DNA of 20,000 nucleotides from an uncultured virus (IMG/VR IMGVR_UViG_2061766007_000520). Its lineage: Duplodnaviria > Heunggongvirae > Uroviricota > Caudoviricetes. How positions within the stretch are numbered: the stretch's first letter is position 1; each line of letters opens with the position of its first letter. Shown here piece after piece: positions 1 through 6,595 of the stretch. Position numbers and translations under genes: made by a program. The stretch lies in the IMG/VR virus record IMGVR_UViG_2061766007_000520. One strand, 5' to 3'. Below the pieces are notes generated by a model, which was not told where the DNA came from, did not search any database, and saw nothing but the letters and a program-made list of their open reading frames with translations.

Positions 1-278
1 TAGTTCACGATGCTGTTAAGCTCCTGAACCATGTGAAGGTCACTGCCGACAAAATCCTCGTCAAGCACGTAGGCATACCAGAAATAATCCTCGTGCTCGT
101 CAGACCAGAACGGCGCAGTGTCCTTGCTCATCTTCATAAGTACCTCGCTTTCATAAGTACCGTCCTCGACTGCGTAGAACAGTTCATCAATCGTGTTGCC
201 CAAGATGACGCGCTTCCCGATGAGAGCCGTGTCATAATCATCGCACAATCTCCTGAAATCAAAATGCACCAGTTCCAT
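1..278 (-). CDS. Small acidic hypothetical protein running to the window edge (MELVHFDFRRLCDDYDTALIGKRVILG...)
   Basis: Not in the ORF track; ATG at 278 with GGGGG RBS at 284-288; read by hand as open to position 3. Confidence 0.75.
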   Translation of the reverse strand, partial: MELVHFDFRRLCDDYDTALIGKRVILGNTIDELFYAVEDGTYESEVLMKMSKDTAPFWSDEHEDYFWYAYVLDEDFVGSDLHMVQELNSIVN

Positions 279-287
279 AGTTACCCC

Positions 288-560
288 CTAAAGAAATATA
301 TCATTCTCCAAGCACCACTCGACAACTTTCTTATCCGACTTTGTGAGCACGTCCTTAGGCACAAAGCAGTAGATAAGCTCGTCAAGCGCAATCAAATCCT
401 TCTCGTTGACATATGCTTCCTGCATTTCTCCGATGACCTTACTAAGCGAGTCCTCGAACATCAATACGACAGGCTCATTAGGATTCCTGTCTTTCCCGAT
501 GTCAACGTAGCGTCCGTAGTAAGTGACACCTTTCCATTCAGCCGTGCAGTTCAACCGCAT
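288..560 (-). CDS. Hypothetical protein (MRLNCTAEWKGVTYYGRY...)
   Basis: ATG at 560 preceded by AAGGGGGT; the longer 608 start merely reads through the intergenic palindrome. Confidence 0.8.
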   Translation of the reverse strand: MRLNCTAEWKGVTYYGRYVDIGKDRNPNEPVVLMFEDSLSKVIGEMQEAYVNEKDLIALDELIYCFVPKDVLTKSDKKVVEWCLENDIFL

Positions 561-563
561 TTT

Positions 564-606
564 ACCCCCTTTAACAAGCCCCCTAGAGGGCTTGTTACTG
601 CTGTTC
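564..606 (-). repeat. Intergenic palindrome unit, family A copy 1
   Basis: TAACAAGCCC(572-581)-CCTAGA-GGGCTTGTTA(588-597), followed on + by CTGCTGTTC (598-606), preceded by ACCCCCTT (RBS complement). Confidence 0.95.
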
Positions 607-1003
607 AAATATCTGTTGTCAAGCCTTGCTGTGCTATCAGCAAGCGCACCCTCTTGTCCCTAGCCATGCGCTTCACTGCCTTGTGCACAGCGTTCCAGTA
701 ACGTTTCTCACCCCTGCGGAAAGCAAGTTTCTTGCGCTGTTCCGCAAGCTCCAGAGTGTCACTGTCCACCTGATTCACCTGTCTGGTGTAATCGCGGTAG
801 TACCTGTCCCACAGCACTTGACCGATTTTGGCTACTTTTTCCGTCAAACTTCCGTCTTTCCCAAGATACAGGGAATGATGATACAACCCATTCGCAACTG
901 TATCTTTGTAGAACGTATGAAGCACACCCTCACCGAGTATACTGAAACAACTGAATAACCGCTGATACTTCAACAGTCTATGATACTCTTCAATTTTAAC
1001 CAT
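605..1003 (-). CDS. Hypothetical protein, 132 aa, basic C-terminus
   Basis: ORF with AAAAGGGGGT RBS; TGA stop overlaps the GAACAGCAG motif. Confidence 0.8.
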   Translation of the reverse strand: MVKIEEYHRLLKYQRLFSCFSILGEGVLHTFYKDTVANGLYHHSLYLGKDGSLTEKVAKIGQVLWDRYYRDYTRQVNQVDSDTLELAEQRKKLAFRRGEKRYWNAVHKAVKRMARDKRVRLLIAQQGLTTDI

Positions 1004-1028
1004 GCTACCCCCTTTTTATGAGCAGGAA

Positions 1029-1065
1029 ACAACCCCAAAAAATCTACGTGACATCGTGCATCAAT
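1029..1065. repeat. Copy of a ~37-bp element whose inverted copy is at 7956-7993
   Basis: ACAACCCC-AAAAAATCTACGTGACATCGTGCATCAAT vs reverse complement of 7956-7993 ACAACCCTTAAAAAATCTACGTGACATCATGTATCAAT; cut off by the N gap at 1066. Confidence 0.85.
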
Positions 1066-1151
1066 NNNNNNNNNNNNNNNNNNNNGACATTTTTTATATT
1101 CAGAGAAAAAATTTTTTTCAGTTCTCTGTGTATAAAATTACAGGCATACCC

Positions 1152-1409
1152 TTAGAACCGACATTGTTGCGCGTTGTCAATTAGCTTGTCAAAAGCTTCA
1201 ATTGCATCTTCATCTTCTATCTCTTTACCAGTGTAGCCAGTAGCAAGATATTGTATGAGTTCAAGTATCTGATAGTCACGTTTTATTCTCCACCTTGCCG
1301 TGCGCTTGTAGTGCGGAGTAATGTCCGTGCGCATATCCAGATTGTCATATTCTTTTTCAAGGGAATCCAGTTTCTTCTTGCACTGCTCCAAGATATAAGC
1401 CCTGTTCAT
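1152..1409 (-). CDS. Hypothetical protein (MNRAYILEQCKKKLDSLEKEY...)
   Basis: ATGA overlap with the stop of the upstream gene (1406-1409); AGAGGA RBS. Confidence 0.75.
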   Translation of the reverse strand: MNRAYILEQCKKKLDSLEKEYDNLDMRTDITPHYKRTARWRIKRDYQILELIQYLATGYTGKEIEDEDAIEAFDKLIDNAQQCRF

Positions 1410-1660
1410 AGTTCTATCCTCTGCAAGTTGTTGATGTTCTTCCTGATGTAAGATTTCTTGATAACGTCCAGCCACGGCTTGACACCCTCGTAGCCTTTCT
1501 TCGGCTTTCCGTCAGCTATCCACTGCTTCACTACGGCAATCGCGAGCATGACGGCAGATGCTTTCTCCGTAGCGCAGATGATTGAAAGCTCTTCTTTTGT
1601 CCAAGGCTTGTTTTTCCTGTTGCCGACAGGAGGTCTGCCCCCTTTTCTCCACTGCTTCAT
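1406..1660 (-). CDS. Small basic hypothetical protein, 84 aa, possibly nucleic-acid binding
   Basis: AAGGGGGT RBS; K/R-rich sequence including KPWTKEEL. Confidence 0.75.
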   Translation of the reverse strand: MKQWRKGGRPPVGNRKNKPWTKEELSIICATEKASAVMLAIAVVKQWIADGKPKKGYEGVKPWLDVIKKSYIRKNINNLQRIEL

Positions 1661-1663
1661 TAT

Positions 1664-1704
1664 ACCCCCTTATCGGGCTACAGCGTAGCCCGATACTGCT
1701 GTTC
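1664..1704 (-). repeat. Intergenic palindrome unit, family B copy 1
   Basis: TATCGGGCTAC(1671-1681)-AGC-GTAGCCCGATA(1685-1695), then CTGCTGTTC (1696-1704). Confidence 0.95.
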
Positions 1705-1747
1705 TAATATCCCCTTAACAAGTTACGCTGTTCTAATACTGTAGGTT

Positions 1748-1777
1748 TTTATCTACACCCTTTGGGGTGTAGATAAA
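1748..1777. other. Perfect 13-bp-stem hairpin overlapping a stop codon (terminator or processing site?)
   Basis: TTTATCTACACCC-TTTG-GGGTGTAGATAAA; no U-tract after the stem. Confidence 0.6.
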
Positions 1778-1941
1778 GCACAAGCTTCCTCAACCGTAAG
1801 GCTGCGTGCTTTTTCCTTGTAGCCTTTTGATGCGCGGAACAGGAACGCTTTTGTGTCCACGTCCTGTGCTTCCTGTGCTTTCTGCACCAGTCTGTCACTT
1901 GCCCTTATGAGCCTTTCATACTCATATTCTGTGCCATTCAT
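1753..1941 (-). CDS. Hypothetical protein, 62 aa (MNGTEYEYERLIRASDRLVQ...)
   Basis: ATG at 1941 with GGGGG RBS at 1948-1952. Confidence 0.7.
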   Translation of the reverse strand: MNGTEYEYERLIRASDRLVQKAQEAQDVDTKAFLFRASKGYKEKARSLTVEEACALSTPQRV

Positions 1942-2257
1942 ATACGTCCCCCAAATCCATGTTGTCCACTCGCCACTTGAAAAGGTCAGTGTCAAATACA
2001 AGCTCTCCTGTGCGCTCCTCGCTTGCTGACGTAGCAAAAAAGCATACTTTATCTCCATGTACACACCATTCACCGCCGCAATCCTGTATCATGCCGCCTT
2101 TGTCATAGGCAGACAACACCTCTTTGGTGATATGAATGTTCACATCGTCAAAGTCCTGCGGTATCTTCACCGTGCCCTGTCTGCCGTAGCAGTCTGCCGT
2201 GTCCTCAAGAAAAGACAAGCACTGCTCAACGGCAACCTGAAGTAATTTCTGCTCCAT
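1922..2257 (-). CDS. Acidic hypothetical protein (MEQKLLQVAVEQ...)
   Basis: ATG at 2257 with GAGGTG RBS, directly after the stop of the upstream gene. Confidence 0.75.
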   Translation of the reverse strand: MEQKLLQVAVEQCLSFLEDTADCYGRQGTVKIPQDFDDVNIHITKEVLSAYDKGGMIQDCGGEWCVHGDKVCFFATSASEERTGELVFDTDLFKWRVDNMDLGDVYEWHRI

Positions 2258-2258
2258 T

Positions 2259-2696
2259 TTACACCTCGAAACTGTCGAAAAGTTCCTGTGTTTCAAGCTC
2301 CGTGTTGCGCAAGCTCTGCTCGTTGTCAAGACAAAACTTATTCTTTGTGACAAGCGTAGTTCTTACCTCGTTTTTTACTGCCTGCCAGTTCTTGACAAAC
2401 TTCTTTACGACATCAAGCTCATAATTGGTGAGCGTGCTTTTAGCCCTCGTGATGTGACAGCCTAATCCTGTGATAGACACATATTCACCAAAGCAGATTT
2501 TATAGGTATCTTCGAGCCAGATGTTTATATAGTAAGCACCAATAACTTCTTTGTACGGCTTGTACTGCTCATAAAACCAGTCGAGCATCTGACGGGCAAT
2601 GCCCGATGCTTTCTGCGTGTTTTCCTTGTGCCAAGTTTCCGTGTTGTGCCTGTAGTTCTCAATCGCTGTTTTGATAGCTTCAAGTTCTTTGTCCAT
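2259..2696 (-). CDS. Hypothetical protein, 145 aa (MDKELEAIKTAIENY...)
   Basis: ATG at 2696 with AAGGGGGT RBS. Confidence 0.8.
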   Translation of the reverse strand: MDKELEAIKTAIENYRHNTETWHKENTQKASGIARQMLDWFYEQYKPYKEVIGAYYINIWLEDTYKICFGEYVSITGLGCHITRAKSTLTNYELDVVKKFVKNWQAVKNEVRTTLVTKNKFCLDNEQSLRNTELETQELFDSFEV

Positions 2697-2700
2697 ATTT

Positions 2701-2742
2701 ACCCCCTTTAACAAGCCCTCTAGGGGCTTGTTACTGTCGTTC
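2701..2742 (-). repeat. Intergenic palindrome unit, family A copy 2 (loop inverted)
   Basis: TAACAAGCCC(2709-2718)-TCTAG-GGGCTTGTTA(2724-2733), then CTGTCGTTC. Confidence 0.95.
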
Positions 2743-2913
2743 ATTTATCATCTGCACAATATCATCGTGCAGAAAAGCCATAAGCCTTTTGTCGTTGCTG
2801 TCAAGCAACGCATCGCCTACCCTGTCAAGCAACGGCAAGTAGTGCTGTTCCGCATACATCAGCCAGCCGTCAAAACCGCCGTAGCTTTCAAGCAGTTTAT
2901 CCATGTCGTTCAT
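2731..2913 (-). CDS. Small hypothetical protein (MNDMDKLLESYGGFDGW...); could start at 3012 with a basic N-terminal extension
   Basis: AAGGGAG RBS before ATG 2913; the TAA stop lies within the palindrome arm. Confidence 0.6.
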   Translation of the reverse strand: MNDMDKLLESYGGFDGWLMYAEQHYLPLLDRVGDALLDSNDKRLMAFLHDDIVQMINERQ

Positions 2914-2983
2914 AGGTCTTCTCCCTTTCTTGCTACGTGCTGTTTTCTTACGTGTAGCACGTTTCACAAAGCGCATTGCTTTT

Positions 2984-3301
2984 TTAATCACACGCTTCCA
3001 GTTTAACCGCATCTTGCACCGCCTTTCTCGGCTTAAACTCGATATGCTCCGCAAGGATACGCACCGCGTTCCTGTGGCTTACGAGCGTACCGACAACGCA
3101 CACTCCGCGACCGTCTTCCCACTGCGTTCTCATAAAGTTCATTATAACGCCATGAGCGATGACAGTAAAAGCAAAATGTTCAGTGTCTACCGTGCCGTCC
3201 GCTTTCCTGTACGCTCTGGTTGTCACAATACGGAAAGAATCTTTCCGCAAGCTTTCAGGTACAAGCGTACCCTCGATGATTAAGCTGTTCAACATATTCA
3301 T
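2984..3301 (-). CDS. ssb: Single-stranded DNA-binding protein (OB fold), short, without an acidic tail
   Basis: MNMLNSLIIEGTL...GRGVCVVGTL...VRILAEHIEFKP matches the SSB pattern as I recall it from Treponema (MNxLNSxIIEG...GRGVRVVGRL...IVAEHVEFKP). Confidence 0.8.
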   Translation of the reverse strand: MNMLNSLIIEGTLVPESLRKDSFRIVTTRAYRKADGTVDTEHFAFTVIAHGVIMNFMRTQWEDGRGVCVVGTLVSHRNAVRILAEHIEFKPRKAVQDAVKLEACD

Positions 3302-3305
3302 TTAT

Positions 3306-3347
3306 ACCCCTTTTATCGGGCTACAGCGTAGCCCGATACTGTGTTTC
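3306..3347 (-). repeat. Intergenic palindrome unit, family B copy 2
   Basis: TATCGGGCTAC(3314-3324)-AGC-GTAGCCCGATA(3328-3338), then CTGTGTTTC; an extra partial core CTACAGCGTAGCC at 3352-3364. Confidence 0.95.
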
Positions 3348-3351
3348 AATA

Positions 3352-3651
3352 CTACAGCGTAGCCTTGACAGCGTTTATCTCCTTGCACCGCATGAACGCT
3401 ATCTCCATGCCCCTGTCAGAGCAAGTCCTCACATAATCAGGTTTAAGCACATCGCTTATCCCCACCAGAACGTAACCGTCAGCAACCATTGACGTGATTT
3501 CTTTCGCTGTCCGCATATATACCGTGTAGTTTTCCTTGTCACGCAGCATTTTGCTGAACAGTGACCGCACGGAATAACTGCTGCCTTTTTTATGCACGTC
3601 CAGCCACTCTTTTTTAGGCAACCAGACATGATACATCGGCTCATCCAACAT
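3352..3651 (-). CDS. Hypothetical protein, 99 aa
   Basis: ATG at 3651 with AAAGGGGGT RBS. Confidence 0.8.
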   Translation of the reverse strand: MLDEPMYHVWLPKKEWLDVHKKGSSYSVRSLFSKMLRDKENYTVYMRTAKEITSMVADGYVLVGISDVLKPDYVRTCSDRGMEIAFMRCKEINAVKATL

Positions 3652-3655
3652 AATT

Positions 3656-3703
3656 ACCCCCTTTATCGCTTTATCGGGCTACGCTGTAGCCCGATACTGC
3701 TTC
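3656..3703 (-). repeat. Intergenic palindrome unit, family B copy 3 (loop inverted)
   Basis: TATCGGGCTAC(3672-3682)-GCT-GTAGCCCGATA(3686-3696), then CTGCTTC; CTTTATCG duplicated at 3661-3676. Confidence 0.95.
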
Positions 3704-4029
3704 TATAGACTTCTCCCGAAGTTCTCCGTTGCTTTCCTGTTCCACCTTTTAAGGTGTACCATGTTTAATTTATCAGTTTCCCAGTTGTAGTCCACGCGCA
3801 CGACCTTAGCACCTTTCCGCCAATTAGGCGTAGCATAGTAAGCGTCATTAGTGTCATACCAGAACCAGTAAGTGAACACGTTACCACGCATCACGGAATC
3901 GAACACCCCGAACGTTTCCGCGATGATGCACCGCTTGTCTTCCCTGTCTGCGTTAAGGAAGTCCGCAATGCGCTGATTCAATTTGTCACCGTGCAAGTAT
4001 GTTTTCCAGAAGTCTATCAAGTGTTGCAT
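3703..4029 (-). CDS. Aromatic-rich hypothetical protein (MQHLIDFWKTYLHGD...)
   Basis: ATG at 4029 with AAGGGGGT RBS. Confidence 0.8.
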   Translation of the reverse strand: MQHLIDFWKTYLHGDKLNQRIADFLNADREDKRCIIAETFGVFDSVMRGNVFTYWFWYDTNDAYYATPNWRKGAKVVRVDYNWETDKLNMVHLKRWNRKATENFGRSL

Positions 4030-4033
4030 ATTC

Positions 4034-4074
4034 ACCCCCTTAGCAAGCCCCTAGAGGGCTTGCTACTGCTGTTC
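4034..4074 (-). repeat. Intergenic palindrome unit, family A copy 3 (compensatory pair)
   Basis: TAGCAAGCCC(4041-4050)-CTAGA-GGGCTTGCTA(4056-4065), then CTGCTGTTC. Confidence 0.95.
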
Positions 4075-4076
4075 AT

Positions 4077-4457
4077 TTACCACCTTTCCCGAAACTCCAC
4101 GTACCATGTCATATCATCGGCACTGTCAACAGGAAAAAGCTCACAATGATTGCACGGAAAGTGTTCATCGTCTTGGAAATACATTTCAAGTACACGTTCC
4201 CGAATCTGGAAGAACACGTCGCACGGTTTGCCCAGAACACCTTGCGCAATTGCGTTCAGTCTGTTCTGTGTAGTCATTGTGTCATAGCCACATTTACAGA
4301 ACGTAATGCGTCTTTCTGTGTAGTCGATGTCAGCTATCAGGTTGCCCCATATGCGGAAACTGCCAGTGTCACCGTCACACTCAAACTGATTGAATGTTTT
4401 TCTGAAAGGCTTTTTAGCCTTTATCCTTTCCCTGCAATAATAATCAATTTTTCTCAT
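4077..4457 (-). CDS. Conserved-looking phage hypothetical protein, 126 aa
   Basis: WGNLIA...GYDTMTTQNRLNA resembles a common phage early-region family of unknown function; AAGGGGGT RBS. Confidence 0.8.
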   Translation of the reverse strand: MRKIDYYCRERIKAKKPFRKTFNQFECDGDTGSFRIWGNLIADIDYTERRITFCKCGYDTMTTQNRLNAIAQGVLGKPCDVFFQIRERVLEMYFQDDEHFPCNHCELFPVDSADDMTWYVEFRERW

Positions 4458-4480
4458 ACTGTACCCCCTTAATTTCCGAT

Positions 4481-4505
4481 TGACAAGCTACAAAGTAGCT
4501 TGTCA
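4481..4505. repeat. 25-bp perfect palindrome, hybrid of families A and B
   Basis: TGACAAGCTAC-AAA-GTAGCTTGTCA, lying between promoter and RBS. Confidence 0.85.
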
Positions 4506-4520
4506 TTTGTCTATGCTTAG

Positions 4521-4580
4521 AATGTATCACATGACATTTGATGTGTCAAGTGATATTTTTGCAATTTTGCTTTTATTTTT
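4521..4580 (-). promoter_or_regulatory. Leftward sigma70-type promoter with embedded inverted-repeat operator and A-rich UP element
   Basis: TTGACA (4549-4544), 17 bp, TGn-TACATT (4526-4521); IR TATCACATGACA-N7-TGTCAAGTGATA at 4525-4555. Confidence 0.85.
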
Positions 4581-4590
4581 TTCGTCATAT

Positions 4591-4800
4591 TCATGTATGT
4601 NNNNNNNNNNNNNNNNNNNNNNNNNCGAATAGTTGTACCGCCTCATACATTCTGCCGAGCATAAAAGCCTTGCCAGTAACATAATTATCGTACTTGTCAA
4701 ACAGGATATACGACACGACATACTGCTTGTTGTTGCCGTAGCACCTGACAACAAAATGCGAGCCGTTTACTGTTTTTACTGTATCAGTTTTCAGTTTCAT
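4591..4800 (-). CDS. Small hypothetical protein (3' end uncertain, N gap)
   Basis: GAGGGGT RBS, ATG 4800. Confidence 0.65.
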   Translation of the reverse strand: MKLKTDTVKTVNGSHFVVRCYGNNKQYVVSYILFDKYDNYVTGKAFMLGRMYEAVQLFXXXXXXXXXHT

Positions 4801-4803
4801 GTT

Positions 4804-4950
4804 TCACCCCTCGTTATAAATCATGTAAGCCGTTCTGCCGTGACAATTATCCCTACTGCATACGTTAAGGATAGCAAAGCAAGTATCAAAATTACCTACG
4901 TGCACGGTATGTTGCCCCACTATAGCATCACTTATGTATACTTCACTCAT
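4804..4950 (-). CDS. 48-aa hypothetical protein (MSEVYISDAIVGQHTVHVGNFDTCFAILNVCSRDNCHGRTAYMIYNEG)
   Basis: Below the ORF-track cutoff; AGAGGTG RBS, ATGA overlap with the upstream stop, fills the gap between neighbours. Confidence 0.7.
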   Translation of the reverse strand: MSEVYISDAIVGQHTVHVGNFDTCFAILNVCSRDNCHGRTAYMIYNEG

Positions 4951-5240
4951 GCCGTCACCTCTTTAGCAAGCGTTACAAGTTCCGTTTCGTCACTGCAATA
5001 ATGATTGCGTCCCCCTGTATAATCGCGCTCGTTTACTGCCGAACGTATCATAACGGTATCGGGCAAGCAAGTAATATCAGTGCTGATGTAGCACAGTTTT
5101 CCAGTGTCGGGACTCTCAAAAAATCCTGTAAAGCCCTGTTTTCTGCCGTTGATATTATGATTACTGTGCTTGATAGCCATAAAGCCGTGTTTTTTAAGTA
5201 AATTGTTTACGGTTACAAAACTAGCATATCTTTTAATCAT
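4947..5240 (-). CDS. Phage hypothetical protein, 97 aa
   Basis: GFTGFF...YISTD...MIRSA...DYTGGRNHY resembles a recurring phage/plasmid family of unknown function. Confidence 0.75.
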   Translation of the reverse strand: MIKRYASFVTVNNLLKKHGFMAIKHSNHNINGRKQGFTGFFESPDTGKLCYISTDITCLPDTVMIRSAVNERDYTGGRNHYCSDETELVTLAKEVTA

Positions 5241-5442
5241 CGTTCCGTGTTCTCCTTTTAATCACTCTGTAGGGTCTAGGGTCGTTTTCCCTGTATGCTT
5301 TTACATCGTTCCGAAACTCTTGCCCCTCTTGCTTGTCAAGAGGTATGTAATAAGAATTACAGTCTACGGCTATCAAGTCGCCCCACTGCCCACAATAAAG
5401 CCCCTGTAAAACCTTTTCGTACGTGTATTTTCGCTGTTTCAT
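5233..5442 (-). CDS. Phage hypothetical protein, 69 aa
   Basis: AAGGGGGC RBS; LQGxYxxxWxD...YREND...YRVIKRR pattern. Confidence 0.75.
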   Translation of the reverse strand: MKQRKYTYEKVLQGLYCGQWGDLIAVDCNSYYIPLDKQEGQEFRNDVKAYRENDPRPYRVIKRRTRNDD

Positions 5443-5452
5443 GCTTGCCCCC

Positions 5453-5746
5453 TTATATATTCTCTATGTTGCACTTATACATAGGGTAGTTAACCGTATC
5501 AACTACACGCTCAACTGCTTCCCTTGAACGGTTAAGTCCGATACCTTTTATTTTTATATCCGCTGCAATGCGTAGCAATCGGTTATCCAGTACCAGATAC
5601 ACGTCAAAAATCGCTCCGTTGTTGTTCCGCTGTCGGTGCGTGCAAAGTGTATAGATGTTCACGCGCTTTTCTTTATCCTGTTTTTCCGCATCTTGCAAGC
5701 GTTCCGTCAAGATGTCTTTTCTCATAATCCAAGTGTTTATTGTCAT
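5453..5746 (-). CDS. Hypothetical protein, 97 aa
   Basis: AAAGGGGGC RBS; first gene after the promoter at 5767-5795. Confidence 0.75.
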   Translation of the reverse strand: MTINTWIMRKDILTERLQDAEKQDKEKRVNIYTLCTHRQRNNNGAIFDVYLVLDNRLLRIAADIKIKGIGLNRSREAVERVVDTVNYPMYKCNIENI

Positions 5747-5766
5747 AATTTGCCCCCTTTAATATC

Positions 5767-5807
5767 ACTGTATCACATGACACTTTACTTGTCAAGTGAT
5801 ATTTTTT
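5767..5807 (-). promoter_or_regulatory. Leftward sigma70-type promoter with the same operator
   Basis: TTGACA (5795-5790), 17 bp, TGn-TACAGT (5772-5767); IR TATCACATGACA-N7-TGTCAAGTGATA at 5771-5801. Confidence 0.85.
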
Positions 5808-5991
5808 AATCATAATACGCTACGTGTTTCCAGTTGCCCTTGTTCGTCTTAGTTGTTTGCGAGCAATTGACACGCTTGTTTTCCATGTTGCAAAGCAGTT
5901 GCTTATAACAAAATCGCTCGTAAGTAACTCTTTTACCGTCAACAAAGTAAATGCTTGTCTTATCCGGTCTAACAATTTCCGTAAACTTCAT
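5806..5991 (-). CDS. Hypothetical protein, 61 aa
   Basis: AAGGGG RBS; YFVDGKRVT motif. Confidence 0.7.
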   Translation of the reverse strand: MKFTEIVRPDKTSIYFVDGKRVTYERFCYKQLLCNMENKRVNCSQTTKTNKGNWKHVAYYD

Positions 5992-6001
5992 ATTTGTCCC
6001 C

Positions 6002-6313
6002 TTAATAGCAATAGCTATCTGTATCTTTATTAAAGTTACGTGCTATTTCTCTTGCACGTTCTAGCGTACTACAAGCATTGAAACCCCTTACACCGTAAAC
6101 TTTTACGGTGTAGACATTCCCTGTTTTTTCATCAAAATAACGCACGGTATAAGCACGGTTTACACGGTCAAAATTAGTGTACTCCGATGTAATAAAGCAA
6201 CCGTTTTTATATAACGTGCTTTCAATGCGTGAACCGAAAAAGCGCATTGTTTTACGGTCGAAAAAGTGACCGCCCTTTTCTTTGTGCATTTGTTTCATGT
6301 CGGCAATAGTCAT
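6002..6313 (-). CDS. Phage hypothetical protein, 103 aa
   Basis: GHFFDRKTMRFFGSR...FITSE...RAYTVR resembles a recurring phage early-region family; AAGGGGGT RBS. Confidence 0.8.
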   Translation of the reverse strand: MTIADMKQMHKEKGGHFFDRKTMRFFGSRIESTLYKNGCFITSEYTNFDRVNRAYTVRYFDEKTGNVYTVKVYGVRGFNACSTLERAREIARNFNKDTDSYCY

Positions 6314-6316
6314 TAT

Positions 6317-6529
6317 TCACCCCCTTATAAACTCCACGTCATAGCAACAACACGGCAAGCCAAAACACGGACTAAACGTAAAATAACTATCATCTGATAT
6401 AGCAGCAATAGTTGCCTCTTCAAGTTGTTCTGCAACCAGCCAATTATTGATATTCTCTAANNNNNNNNNNNNNNNNNNGTCACCATACACAAGATAAGCT
6501 ATTGCATAATCTGGAACGCTATATATCAT
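6317..6529 (-). CDS. Small acidic hypothetical protein (N gap inside)
   Basis: AAAGGGGT RBS; VPDYAIAYLVYGD...YFTFSPCFGLPC pattern. Confidence 0.7.
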   Translation of the reverse strand: MIYSVPDYAIAYLVYGDXXXXXXLENINNWLVAEQLEEATIAAISDDSYFTFSPCFGLPCCCYDVEFIRG

Positions 6530-6558
6530 CTTTTACCCCTTTATCAGCAACCCAATCG

Positions 6559-6587
6559 CAACTAGCCCCCTTTTCAGGGGCTAGTTG
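6559..6587. repeat. Intergenic 11-bp-stem hairpin related to family A
   Basis: CAACTAGCCCC-CTTTTCA-GGGGCTAGTTG. Confidence 0.75.
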
Positions 6588-6595
6588 TTAATGTT

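Noticed and set aside
2798..2834. 13-bp direct repeat CTGTCAAGCAACG containing TTGACA on the minus strand
   Set aside because: In-frame coding repeat (LLD twice) with no matching -10 box
564..4074. CRISPR array formed by the palindromic repeats
   Set aside because: Spacing is hundreds of bases, irregular and filled with intact genes; no cas genes are present
564..4505. Rho-independent terminators
   Set aside because: No U-tract follows the stems on the coding strand; they run straight into the RBS
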